A stretch of 64,000 nucleotides of DNA from an uncultured beta proteobacterium (lineage in GTDB: Bacteria; Pseudomonadota; Gammaproteobacteria; Burkholderiales; SG8-39): positions 88,710 through 152,709 of the forward strand of contig CAVWFR010000011.1 of NCBI GenBank assembly GCA_963754305.1. Reading direction: 5' to 3'. Below are positions 29,807 through 39,605 of the stretch, piece after piece. The stretch's first letter is position 1. Each line of letters opens with the position of its first letter. A program made the translations under genes and the position numbers. The notes beneath the pieces were generated by a model. That model was not told the origin of the DNA, did not search any database, and was given only the letters and a program-made list of their open reading frames with translations.

Positions 29807-32104
29807 ATGCTAGAGATTGAATCGACACCCGCGATGGCGGCCAGGGTCTACGCGACCCTGGCGCGGAATCTCGAGATCGTCCGCCGGCGGCTGGCACGAC
29901 CGCTGACTCTGGCGGACAAGGTCCTGCTAGGACACCTGGACGACCCGGCGTGCCAGCCGCTGGAGCCGGGACGAAGCTACCTGGCGCTTCGCCCCGACCG
30001 CGTGGTCTTCCAGGACGTGCTCGGGCAGACCGGCATGCTCCAGTTCATGCAGACGCGGCGGGAGCGGGTCGCGGTGCCCACCACGATCCACTGCGACCAT
30101 CTCATCCAGGCCCGCGTCGAGGGCGCGGCAGACCTGCGCGCGTCGCTGGCGGAGAACGGGGAGGTCTACGATTTCCTCCGGTCCGCCGCGGCGCGGTACG
30201 GCGCGGGCTTCTGGGGGCCGGGTGCCGGCATCATCCACCAGGTGGTGCTCGAGCACTATGCCTTTCCGGGTGAGCTCATCATCGGCACCGACTCGCATAC
30301 GCCCAACGCGGGCGGCCTCGGCGCCTGCGCGATCGGCGTCGGCGGGGCGGACGCGGTGGAGGTGATCGCCGGCATGCCGTGGGAGCTGCTCTACCCCAGG
30401 CACATCGCCGTCCATCTCACCGGGCGGCTCGGCGGCTGGACCGCGTCGAAAGACGTGATCCTCTACGTCGCAGGCCGACTCACGGTCGCCGGGGCCACCA
30501 ATGCCATCGTGGAGTACATCGGCCCCGGCGCGCGCACCCTCAGCGCCACCGGCAAGGCGACCATCACCAACATGGGCGCCGAGCTGGGCGCGACGACCTC
30601 CATGTTCCCCGCGGACGAGCACATGGCGACTTACCTGCACGCAACGGGTCGCGGCGAGCTGGCAGCGCTGATGGAACGCCACCGGCACCTGCTGGAACCG
30701 GACCGCGAGGTCGAAGCCGACCCCGGGCGATACTACGATCGCGTGATCGAGCTCGACCTCGCCGAGCTCGAGCCCCACGTGGTCGGACCGCATTCCCCCG
30801 ACCGGGCCCGCCCGATCTCGCAGCTCGCGGCCGAAGTCCGGGACCCGCGCAACGCTTTCCCCGACGGGATCGCGACCGCACTGATCGGCAGTTGCACCAA
30901 CTCGTCGTACGAGGACATGAGCCGCGCGGCCGACGTCGCGGAGCAGGCCCGGGCTCGCGGCATCGGGTCCGCCGTGCCGCTGATGGTTACGCCCGGCTCG
31001 GAGCAGGTGCGGGCGACCATCGAACGCGACGGCCAGATGCAATCGCTCGCGGACATCGGCGCGGTGGTGCTGGCGAATGCGTGCGGCCCCTGCATCGGTC
31101 AGTGGCGGCGGTCGGATGCGGCGGCCGGCGGGCCCAACGCGATCGTCACCTCGTACAACCGCAACTTCCCGCGCCGCAACGACGGCCAGGCGACCACGAT
31201 GAACTTCATCGCGAGCCCCGAGATCGTCACGGCGCTCGCGCTTGCCGGCCGGCTGTCGTTCAATCCGCTCGTTGATCCGCTTGTCGGCGCCGACGGCGCG
31301 CCGTTCCGGCTTGCGCCGCCCGCGCCGGCGCCCGAGGTGCCGGCGAGACCGTTCGAGCGCGGGCGTTCGACGTACGTCGCGCCACCCGCGGACGGACGGC
31401 ACGTCGTCCTGCAGGTAGATCCGCAGAGCGAGCGGCTGCAATTGCTGCCGCCATGGCCGGCCTGGGACGGCCGCGATCTCGTCGACCTGCCGGTGCTCGT
31501 CAAGACCCGGGGCAAGACCACGACCGACGACATATCGCCCGCCGGTCCGTGGCTGCGCTACCGGGGGCACCTCGACAAGTTCAGCGACAACCTGCTGCAG
31601 GGCGCCGTCAACGCCAATACGCAGGAGGCCGGACGCGCGAAGAACGTGGTGACCGGAGAGGCTGCGCAGCCGATCGCGCGGGTCGCCCGCGAGTATCGAT
31701 CGCGCGGGCTCCAGTGGGTGATCGTCGGCGACGCCAACTACGGCGAGGGCAGCAGCCGCGAGCATGCGGCGCTGTCCCCGCGCCTGCTCGGCGGTGCCGC
31801 CGTCATCGCCCGCGGCTTCGCCCGCATCCACGAATCCAACCTGAAGAAGCAGGGTCTGCTGGCGCTCAGCTTCCGCGACCCCGCGGACTACGATCGCATC
31901 CGCGAGGACGACCGCCTCAGCCTGCTCGGGCTCGCCGCGATGGCGCCGGACAAGCCCGTCGGGTGCCGTGTGCGGCACGCCGACGGAACCTGCGAAACGC
32001 TCTGGTTAAATCACTCGTATAGCGCGGCGCAACTGGAGTGGTTCCGCGCCGGCTCGGCGCTGAATGCCTTGAGGCGGACCGAGCGGCACGAATCGTCCGG
32101 GTAG
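29807..32104 (+). CDS. Aconitate hydratase, mitochondrial-type (about 765 aa)
   Basis: IIGTDSHTPNAGGLG, GSCTNSSYEDM, NACGPCIGQW, SYNRNFPRRNDG, and a swivel domain with ANYGEGSSREHAAL. GGAGGG lies 8 nt upstream of the ATG. Confidence 0.9.
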   Translation: MLEIESTPAMAARVYATLARNLEIVRRRLARPLTLADKVLLGHLDDPACQPLEPGRSYLALRPDRVVFQDVLGQTGMLQFMQTRRERVAVPTTIHCDHLIQARVEGAADLRASLAENGEVYDFLRSAAARYGAGFWGPGAGIIHQVVLEHYAFPGELIIGTDSHTPNAGGLGACAIGVGGADAVEVIAGMPWELLYPRHIAVHLTGRLGGWTASKDVILYVAGRLTVAGATNAIVEYIGPGARTLSATGKATITNMGAELGATTSMFPADEHMATYLHATGRGELAALMERHRHLLEPDREVEADPGRYYDRVIELDLAELEPHVVGPHSPDRARPISQLAAEVRDPRNAFPDGIATALIGSCTNSSYEDMSRAADVAEQARARGIGSAVPLMVTPGSEQVRATIERDGQMQSLADIGAVVLANACGPCIGQWRRSDAAAGGPNAIVTSYNRNFPRRNDGQATTMNFIASPEIVTALALAGRLSFNPLVDPLVGADGAPFRLAPPAPAPEVPARPFERGRSTYVAPPADGRHVVLQVDPQSERLQLLPPWPAWDGRDLVDLPVLVKTRGKTTTDDISPAGPWLRYRGHLDKFSDNLLQGAVNANTQEAGRAKNVVTGEAAQPIARVAREYRSRGLQWVIVGDANYGEGSSREHAALSPRLLGGAAVIARGFARIHESNLKKQGLLALSFRDPADYDRIREDDRLSLLGLAAMAPDKPVGCRVRHADGTCETLWLNHSYSAAQLEWFRAGSALNALRRTERHESSG

Positions 32105-32220
32105 CTCGCCGGGCCCGGCGTTGCAAACTGTCCCTCGGCCATGGAAAAGACTCGACGCCCGATCTGCTGTCGGAAGCCGCCGCAGATCGAGCAGGTCGAT
32201 CAGTGAAGTTGCCGAACCGT

Positions 32221-32463
32221 TCATGGTTCGACGGCACCGGCGTTGCCCCGGGCTCGGCCCAGCTCCGCGAGCCGCGCGACGTTGACCGGCAGCAGCACCA
32301 GATGCAGCAGCAGCACCGGCATGAGACTGCCGGTGTAGCCGTAACCGATGAAGGCGAGGTTGCTTGCGATCGCGACCCAACGCAGGGCGAACATCGAGCG
32401 CATGGAGAAAGTGGCCAGGACGAGGCCCGCGGCGAAATAGCCGATCACATCGACGCCGGCCAC
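32221..32463 (-). CDS. Small membrane protein (80 aa); possibly the surviving N-terminal part of a larger gene
   Basis: Two to three hydrophobic helices (IGYFAAGLVLATF, AIASNLAFIGYGY, MPVLLLHLVLLPVN). No recognisable partner domain follows in frame. Confidence 0.4.
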   Translation of the reverse strand: MAGVDVIGYFAAGLVLATFSMRSMFALRWVAIASNLAFIGYGYTGSLMPVLLLHLVLLPVNVARLAELGRARGNAGAVEP

Positions 32464-33076
32464 TTCGGCCCCCTCAGGGTGGTACGGTCGTATCGAGCAG
32501 CGGCTTCGACGCCGCCGGATCCCCGGCCAGCGTCCCCTTCTCGACCGGGCACTCCGGCAGTTCGTCGCTCTCCTGCGGCATGACGAGACCGGTCGGCAGC
32601 ATGCTCACGCTCTCGACCTCCGTCGCTCGACTGATCCAGGCCGCAGCCCGGGATGCCGTTGATGTCGAGGGTGATCGTGACGCGCACGTTGAGGAAATCT
32701 TTCACGGCAGCGTCCCGGTCGGATGACGACGCTCAATATAGGGGTGAACGACGAGCGCGGATATCCCGCGAACGCGTCGGCGCATCCCGTGATCTCGCTA
32801 AGCCGGACGGCTTAGCCGAGAGGCGTAGGGCGCGCGAGGCGCTGGGTCGGAAAATGCGACCCCCCGGCTGCTGACGAGGCGTACGCGCATTCCGAGCCGG
32901 AAGGACCGGCCAAGCGCGGTTTCGCACCATGGGAAAGCGCCCACCGGTACCGCCGCACCATCGGCGTACGCGCGCTTCGCGTCGCGCGCGGCCGAACCGC
33001 TTGAATTGCCGCGCATTCCTCTCCTCGGCACGAAGGTTGCGGGCGCACCCGCCCATCGCCCCCCAGGAGGTCCCCG

Positions 33077-34067
33077 ATGAAGCGCCGCGAGTTCCTGAAG
33101 ACGTCGGCCGCCCTGGCCGGCGCCGCAACCCTGACCAGCACGAGCCCCGCCCGCGCCCAAGGCGCGCCCGAGGTGATCCGCGTCGGCCATCTCGTCGGCA
33201 TCTGCATGTCGCCGCTCTTCTACGCCGACGCGATGGGCTACTTCAAGGACGAGGGGCTCAAGGTCGAGCTGAAGCACATGCCGAATCCCGGCGACGGGCT
33301 CACGGCGCTCACCAGCGGCGCGACGCACATCGCCCACGTGCCGTTCACGAACTCGATCGTCGCGGCCTACAACGGCGCGCCGGTGAAGATCATCGGCGGC
33401 AGCGGCGCGGGCGGAATCTTCCTGATCGCACAGGGCGCGACCGGCATCAAGAGCATGGAAGACCTGAAGAAGGCGAAGGGCAAGGGCCTCAAGGTCGGCT
33501 CGATGCGCCTCAACACCTTCGAGCTGACGACCTATCGCGCGTTCGTCAACAACGGCCTCAAGTACGAGGACTTCCAGATGGTGTGGTTCAACGACGTGCT
33601 GTCGATGGCGGCCGCGTTCGAGTCGAAGGCGGTCGACGTGGTGTCGCACGTCGAGCCGTTCTCGACCCGGCTCGTGGACAAGCTCGGCGGCGTGGCGATC
33701 GTGAGCAACACCGACGTATGGGGCAAGGACGGGCCGGACTGCGTGACCAACGCCCGCGTCGACTTCATCACCCAGTATCCGGACGCGACCAAGAAGTACC
33801 TCAAGGCACTGCTGAAGGCCGACGCGGCGATCAAGGCCGATCTGCCCAAGGCGGTGGACATCCTCGACAAGGGCAAGTACTACCGCGTCGACAAGGAAAC
33901 GCTCACAGCCTCGCTGCCCGCGTCAGCAGCCGCAAGTCGACCTCACGCGCGGCGGCGAGAAGGGCATGGAGATCGCGATCGCCGACATGGTCACGCTCGG
34001 CTATCTCAAGAAGGCGCCGGACGGGGTGATCGACTTCCGGCTGCTGCGGGAGTCGATGAAGGGTTGA
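33077..34067 (+). pseudogene. NitT/TauT-family (NMT1/THI5-like) ABC substrate-binding protein, frame interrupted near the 3' end
   Basis: Tat-type signal MKRREFLKTSAALAGAATLTSTSPARA. Homology runs in frame 2 up to ...DKETLTASLP (about 33919). It then continues in frame 0 as QQPQVDLTRGGEKGMEIAIADMVTLGYLKKAPDGVIDFRLLRESMKG* (stop 34065-34067). Total length is 991 nt, i.e. 3n+1. Confidence 0.7.
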
Positions 34068-34147
34068 CGTCATGCCGGCGAAAGCCGGGCTCCGAATGAC
34101 GGAGTCGGAGCAGCACTGGGCGCCGGCTTCCGCAAAAGGCGACGAGG
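34068..34147 (+). repeat. Type-1 hairpin repeat element, intergenic copy
   Basis: cgtcatgccggcgaaagccgggctcc...tgggcgccggcttccgcaaaaggcgacg. Same architecture as the copies at 39606-39670 and 40383-40450. Confidence 0.65.
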
Positions 34148-34154
34148 ACACACT

Positions 34155-35024
34155 ATGGAAGCCTGGGAAATCGGCCAACCCGTAGGACCGGCGCCGGCGA
34201 GCGAAGGCGAGGCTGCCGCGGCCGCCCAGCGCGGCGCCCGCGTGCGGCGGCGGCTCGGTCTCCTCGTGGCCGCCCTCCTGCCGTGGGTCGTGCTGATCTC
34301 GCTATGGGAGCTCGGCGCCGCCCGCGGCTGGATCCCGACCTCGCTTTTTCCGCCGCCGTCGCAGTTCATCCGGTACGCGATCGAAAGCGATTTCCGCGTC
34401 GGTTTCGGGCGCGAAGCGATGCCGATCTACTACGCGATCCTGGCGAGCGCCTGGCGCGTGCTGGCCGGCCTCGCCGTCGGATTCGTCGCGGCGGTCGCGA
34501 CCGGCATCCTCGTCTCGATGTCGGGCATCGCCTCCGCCGCGGTGCTGCCGATCGTGCGCGGTCTCGCGCCGATCGCGCCGATCGCGTGGATCCCGCTCGC
34601 CATCGTGCTGTTCGGGATCGGCGAGGCGACCGCGATCTTCGTCGTCTTCACCGGCATCTACTTCCTCCTCACGCTCTCGACGGTCGCGGCGGTGCAATCG
34701 GTCGATCCGCGGCTCATCAAGACCGCCCGCACCTACGGTGCCTCGCCGCGGCAGGTATGGCAGTGGGTGATCTTCCCCGCCGTGCTCCCGCAGGCGTTCA
34801 CGATGCTGCGGATCAACTTCTTCGCCGCGTGGATGGCGGTGCTCGCCGCGGAAATGGTGGGCCTCAAGAACGGTGTCGGCATGATCATCATTCTCGGCCG
34901 CGAGGTCTTCAACGCCAATCTGATCCTCATCGGCATCTGCGTCGTCGGGATCACCGGCTATTGCGTCGACCTGGCGCTGGTCTGGATCCAGCGCAAGATC
35001 CTCTGGTGGAGCGACCGGGGATGA
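34155..35024 (+). CDS. NitT/TauT-family ABC transporter permease
   Basis: 289 aa, 6 TM, EAA-like loop TARTYGASPRQVWQWVIFPAVLP. Confidence 0.85.
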   Translation: MEAWEIGQPVGPAPASEGEAAAAAQRGARVRRRLGLLVAALLPWVVLISLWELGAARGWIPTSLFPPPSQFIRYAIESDFRVGFGREAMPIYYAILASAWRVLAGLAVGFVAAVATGILVSMSGIASAAVLPIVRGLAPIAPIAWIPLAIVLFGIGEATAIFVVFTGIYFLLTLSTVAAVQSVDPRLIKTARTYGASPRQVWQWVIFPAVLPQAFTMLRINFFAAWMAVLAAEMVGLKNGVGMIIILGREVFNANLILIGICVVGITGYCVDLALVWIQRKILWWSDRG

Positions 35025-35806
35025 CGAGCTCCCTCGTTTGCAACAGGGTCGGCAAGACTTGGCAATCGCTGCACGGGCTCGCGACCGAGGCGCTGCGCGA
35101 CGTGAGCCTCTCGGTGTCCTCCGGCGAGTTCGTGGCGATCCTCGGCCCGAGCGGCTGCGGGAAGAGCACGCTGCTGGAGCTGATCGCCGGCCTCGAGCCG
35201 ATCTCCCGCGGCGACATCCTGATCGACGGCGCTCGCGTCAATGGCCCGAATCCCAAAGCCGTCATGGTGTTCCAGGAGCATTCGCTCTTCCCGTGGCTCG
35301 CGGTGGCGGACAACGTCGCGTTCGGTTTGAAGATGAAGGGCGTGGCCCCCGAGGCGCGCCGGGCGCGCGCGCGCGAAGTCCTGCGGCGGGTCCGGCTCGA
35401 GGCGTTCGCGCGGCACTACCCTCACCAGCTCTCCGGCGGGATGAAGCAGCGGGTGGCGATCGCGCGCGCGCTCGTCGGCAGCCCCGAGTTCATCCTGATG
35501 GACGAACCGTTCGCCGCGCTCGACTTCCAGACGCGCGTACTCATGCAGCAGTTCCTGCTCGAGGTCTGGCGCGACTTCGGCTCGACCATCCTCTTCGTCA
35601 CGCACCACATCGACGAGGCGATCCTCCTCTCCGACCGGGTGGTGGTCATGAGCGCGGCGCCGGGCCGCGTGCTCGAGGAAGTCGCGATCGATCTGCCGCG
35701 GCCGCGCAGCTACACCGCGGCGGGCTTCAACGAGTACCGCATCCGGCTCACCGCTCACATGGAGCGGGAGGTGATGCGGTCGCAGCCCGCCGAGCTCGCG
35801 GCTTGA
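35021..35806 (+). CDS. NitT/TauT-family ABC transporter ATP-binding protein
   Basis: 261 aa with ATGA overlap. GPSGCGKSTLL, LSGGMKQRVAIARAL, ILMDEPFAALD. Confidence 0.9.
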   Translation: MTSSLVCNRVGKTWQSLHGLATEALRDVSLSVSSGEFVAILGPSGCGKSTLLELIAGLEPISRGDILIDGARVNGPNPKAVMVFQEHSLFPWLAVADNVAFGLKMKGVAPEARRARAREVLRRVRLEAFARHYPHQLSGGMKQRVAIARALVGSPEFILMDEPFAALDFQTRVLMQQFLLEVWRDFGSTILFVTHHIDEAILLSDRVVVMSAAPGRVLEEVAIDLPRPRSYTAAGFNEYRIRLTAHMEREVMRSQPAELAA

Positions 35807-36189
35807 AGATCGCGTTCGACGACCTTTTCACCGGCCGCGGCAGCGACTCGCTCGCGTTCAGCCCCCGCGCCGATTCGCTCTCGGGCGCCGCGGTGCAGAT
35901 CCGCGGCTATCTCGTGCCGATGCATGCCGAGCCCGACCGTTACGTGCTCGTCGACGTGCCGGGAGCCTGCCCGGATTGCGCCCCGGCGCCGGTCGCGTCC
36001 ATCCATCTGCCCGGTTTCCGCGTCTCGGCCGGTATGAAGGTCTCGGCTGCCGTACGCCTCCGCGGTCGGCTATCGTACGGCTTCGCGATCGCGGACGACG
36101 GCTGCGCGTCGTTCCTGCGGCTCGAGGACGCGCAGGTCGACATCGGGTTGCGCCTCTCGTCGCCGGCCGTCCCGACGGGTTGCCCATAG
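35803..36189 (+). CDS. Hypothetical protein (128 aa), possibly DUF3299-like
   Basis: The TTG start overlaps the ATPase stop (TTGA). Coding-like composition, e.g. ...VQIRGYLVPMHAEPDRYVLVDVPGACPDCAPAP.... No signal peptide seen. Confidence 0.45.
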   Translation: MKIAFDDLFTGRGSDSLAFSPRADSLSGAAVQIRGYLVPMHAEPDRYVLVDVPGACPDCAPAPVASIHLPGFRVSAGMKVSAAVRLRGRLSYGFAIADDGCASFLRLEDAQVDIGLRLSSPAVPTGCP

Positions 36190-36207
36190 ACCAACGGGAG
36201 ATCGACC

Positions 36208-37695
36208 ATGCTGCTCATCCACGGCGGCCGCGTGCTGCGGCCGAGCCTCGACTGCGCACCGGCGGACATCCTCGTCGACGGCGACTCGATCGCCGACATC
36301 ATCGCCCCGGGCCAAGTCAAGGACGACAACGTCCGGCGCTTCGACGCCGCCGCCATGCTCGTCATCCCGGGCCTGGTCAACGGCCACAACCACGCGCAGA
36401 CGAACCTCGCCAAGGGCCTCTTCGACCGCTACAACCTCGAGACCTATCTCAACGCCGTGCCGTGGGCGACCGGCCGGCGCACGGTCGAGGATCACTATCT
36501 CTCCTCGGTCATCGGCGCGGCCGAGCTGGTGCGCAAGGGCTGCACCGCGTCCTACGACATGTTCGGCGAGTTCCCGCTGCCGACCGCGGCCGGCGTGGAA
36601 GCGGTGGCGAAGGGCTATGCAGACGTCGGCATCCGCGCGGCGATCGCGCCGATGATGGCCGACCGCAACTTCTACGAGGCGATCCCCGGTCTCGCCGGCG
36701 CACTGCCGGAACGTTTGCGCGAAGCGGCGCTGAGGATCAAGTACGCGCACCACGAGCAGAGCCTCGCCGCCTGCCGGCAGATGATGAAGGATTGGAAGTA
36801 CGACCGCGACTTCATTCGACCGGCGCTCGGGCCGACGATCCCGCATCACTGCTCCGACGAGTTCCTCGCCGGCTGCCGCGACCTGGCGAAGGAGCTCGAC
36901 GTGGGCATCCAGATGCACGTCGCGGAATCGAAGCTGCAGGCGATCGTCGCGCAGAAGAAGTACGGCAAGTCGCTCGTCGCGCACCTCGATTCGCTCGGGC
37001 TGCTCGGGCCCCACTTCTGCGCCGCGCACGCGGTGTGGCTCGACGACGACGACCGCGCGCGGCTCGCCGACCGCGGCGCCTCGATGTCCCACAACCCGGG
37101 CTCCAACATGAAGCTCGGCTCGGGGATGGCGGACGCGCGCCGCGCGATCGACCGCGGCGTGAACGTCGCGATCGGCACCGACGGCGCCGGCTCCTCCGAC
37201 AACCTCAACGTGTTCGAGGCGATGCGGATGGCCGCGTTCGTCTCTCGCGTCGCCGATCACGCGCCCGAGCGCTGGCTGTCCAGCCGCGAGATCCTGAAGG
37301 CGGTGACCGAGTCCGGGGCGCAGGCCCTCGGCTTCAAGGCAAAGATCGGCCGGATCGAGAAGGGCTATAAGGCCGACCTCGTCTTCCTCGATCTCGGCAC
37401 GGTCAACTACACCCCGCTCAACGACCCGATCAACCAGGTCGTTTTCTGCGAGGACGGCACCGGGGTGCACAGCGTGATGGTCGGCGGGAAGGTGCTGCTC
37501 GAAGCGGGGCACTTCACCACGATCGACTTCGGCCGGATCGCTGCGCAGGCCGCGGTGACGGTCGAGCGGCTGCGCGAGGCCAATCGCGAGACGCGCGCGT
37601 TCGCGGAGCAGCTCGAGCCTTATGTCGGGCAGTACTGCAGCGGGCTCGCGGCGACCCCCTACCACGTGCACCGGTTCTGCGGTCAGGCGGCGTAG
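36208..37695 (+). CDS. Amidohydrolase-superfamily deaminase/chlorohydrolase (TRZ/ATZ-like)
   Basis: 495 aa. PGLVNGHNHA (HxH), MHVAES, AHAVWL, IGTDGAGSSDNLN. Confidence 0.85.
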   Translation: MLLIHGGRVLRPSLDCAPADILVDGDSIADIIAPGQVKDDNVRRFDAAAMLVIPGLVNGHNHAQTNLAKGLFDRYNLETYLNAVPWATGRRTVEDHYLSSVIGAAELVRKGCTASYDMFGEFPLPTAAGVEAVAKGYADVGIRAAIAPMMADRNFYEAIPGLAGALPERLREAALRIKYAHHEQSLAACRQMMKDWKYDRDFIRPALGPTIPHHCSDEFLAGCRDLAKELDVGIQMHVAESKLQAIVAQKKYGKSLVAHLDSLGLLGPHFCAAHAVWLDDDDRARLADRGASMSHNPGSNMKLGSGMADARRAIDRGVNVAIGTDGAGSSDNLNVFEAMRMAAFVSRVADHAPERWLSSREILKAVTESGAQALGFKAKIGRIEKGYKADLVFLDLGTVNYTPLNDPINQVVFCEDGTGVHSVMVGGKVLLEAGHFTTIDFGRIAAQAAVTVERLREANRETRAFAEQLEPYVGQYCSGLAATPYHVHRFCGQAA

Positions 37696-38455
37696 TCGCG
37701 CCGCCGGCGCTTCGGCGCGCGGCGTACAATTCCGGCAGTTCGCGCGGCGCCGCCCGGCGCCGCGTTCCGTTTTCACCTCCCGGATCGAGATGGAGCACCG
37801 CACCACCGCGCACGAAGCGATCGCCATCTACGGCGCGCGCCAGAACAACCTCAAGAACCTCGACGTCGCGATTCCCACCGGCGAGCTGGTCGTCGTGACC
37901 GGCGTGTCGGGCTCGGGCAAGTCGTCGCTGGTCTTCGACACGCTGTACGCCGAGGGACAGCGGCGCTACGTCGAGACGTTCTCGCCCTACGCGCGGCAGT
38001 TCCTGGATCGGATGGACAAGCCGCAGGTCGATCGCATCGAAGGCATCCTGCCCGCGATCGCGATCGACCAGACGAACCCGGTCCGCACATCGCGCTCGAC
38101 CGTGGGCACGATGACCGAGCTGAACGACCATCTCAAGCTCCTCTTCGCGCGCGCGGCGACGCTCTACTGCCGCGGCTGCGGCCGGCCGGTCCGTCGCGAT
38201 ACGCCGGAGACGATCTTCGACGAGCTCGTGAAGCGCGCGGCGGCGGCCGGCGATCCGCGCCTGGTGATCGCGTTCCCGGTCGAGGTGCCGAAGAACTTCA
38301 CCGAGGCCGAGATCCTGCAGCTCCTCGAGCAGCAGGGTTACACGCGGATCCACGCGCGGCACGGCAACGCGCTCGAGGTCGTCCAGGATCGCGTCCGGAT
38401 GTCGGGCGTCGAGCGCGCGCGCGTGATGGAGGCGATCGAGGCGGCGCTGAAGGTC

Positions 38456-38560
38456 GGGCGGGGGCGGGTGAATGTGCATGGGGTGGGGGTGGTCGAAGGC
38501 GAAGAAACCCCCGGCCTCGCTGCGCTCGGCACCCCCCTTCACAGCGAGGCGGGCGAGTGG
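38456..38560 (-). repeat. Type-2 repeat element (inverted orientation), in frame inside UvrA-like unit 1
   Basis: The reverse complement contains ctgtgaaggggggtgccgagcgcagcgaggccggggg, matching 40746-40785 (ctgtgaaggggggtgccgagcggagtgaggcgccggg). It encodes ...GVGVVEGEETPGLAALGTPLHSEAGE... on the sense strand. Confidence 0.6.
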
Positions 38561-39605
38561 CGCTTCTCGAGCGACCTCCACTGCCCCGATTGCGACATCC
38601 ACTACAGCGATCCAATCCCGAGCCTGTTCTCGTTCAATTCGCCGATCGGGGCGTGCGAGACGTGCCGCGGATTCGGGCGGGTGATCGGCGTCGACTACGG
38701 GCTGGTGATCCCGGACGAGTCGAAGACGCTCCGCGCCGGGGCGATCAAGCCGTGGCAGACGCAGAGCTATCGCGAATGCCAGGACGACATGGAGAAGATG
38801 GCGCGCAAGCGCGACATCCCGCTCGATGTCCCCTGGCGCGACCTGGACGAAGCGCACCGGCGCTGGGTGATCGACGGGGAGCCGGACTGGGTGAGCTGGC
38901 GGAAGTCCTGGCCGGGCAAGTGGTACGGCGTGAAGCGCTTCTTCGCCTGGCTCGAGACCAAAGCTTACAAGATGCACATCCGCGTGCTGCTGTCGCGGTA
39001 CCGCGCGTACACGCCGTGCGAGACCTGCCACGGCGCGCGGCTCAAGCCCGATGCGCTGCTGTGGAAGGTCGGCGCCGAGCAGCGCTCGATCCACGATCTC
39101 ATGCTGCTCCCGATCGAGCGCCTGCGGTCGTTCTTCGCGACGCTCGAGCTGCCCGCGCCGCTTGACGAGGCGACCGACCTGCTGCTCACCGAGCTCCGGA
39201 CGCGAATCGCGTATCTAGGCGAGGTGGGACTGAGCTATCTCACCCTCGATCGCCAGTCGCGCACGCTCTCGGGCGGCGAGGTGCAGCGGATCAATCTCAC
39301 GACCGCGCTCGGAACGTCGCTCGTCAACACGCTGTTCGTGCTCGACGAGCCGTCGATCGGCCTGCACCCGCGCGACATGAGCCGGGTGATCGACGTCATG
39401 AAGAAGCTGCGCGACGCGGGCAACTCGCTCGTCGTCGTCGAGCACGATCCGCAGATCATGTTCGCGGCGGATCGGATCCTCGACATGGGACCGGGCCCGG
39501 GCGAGCGCGGCGGACAGATCGTGTTCTATGGGGCGCCCGACGAGCTGAGGGCGGCGGATACGCTGACCGGGCAGTATCTCTCGGGGCGGAAGCACGTTGA
39601 CGAGG

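Noticed and set aside
32700-33076. TPP riboswitch upstream of the NMT1/THI5-like binding protein
   Set aside because: The invariant CUGAGA and ACCUGA elements of the THI box are absent.
37696-37789. SOS (LexA) box upstream of the UvrA-like gene
   Set aside because: No CTGT-N8-ACAG-type palindrome is present. There is only an imperfect GC hairpin after the amidohydrolase stop.
36070-37827. 585-aa minus-strand ORF, and the 526-aa ORF 37514..39094
   Set aside because: They are antisense to the amidohydrolase and UvrA-like genes and have no motifs.
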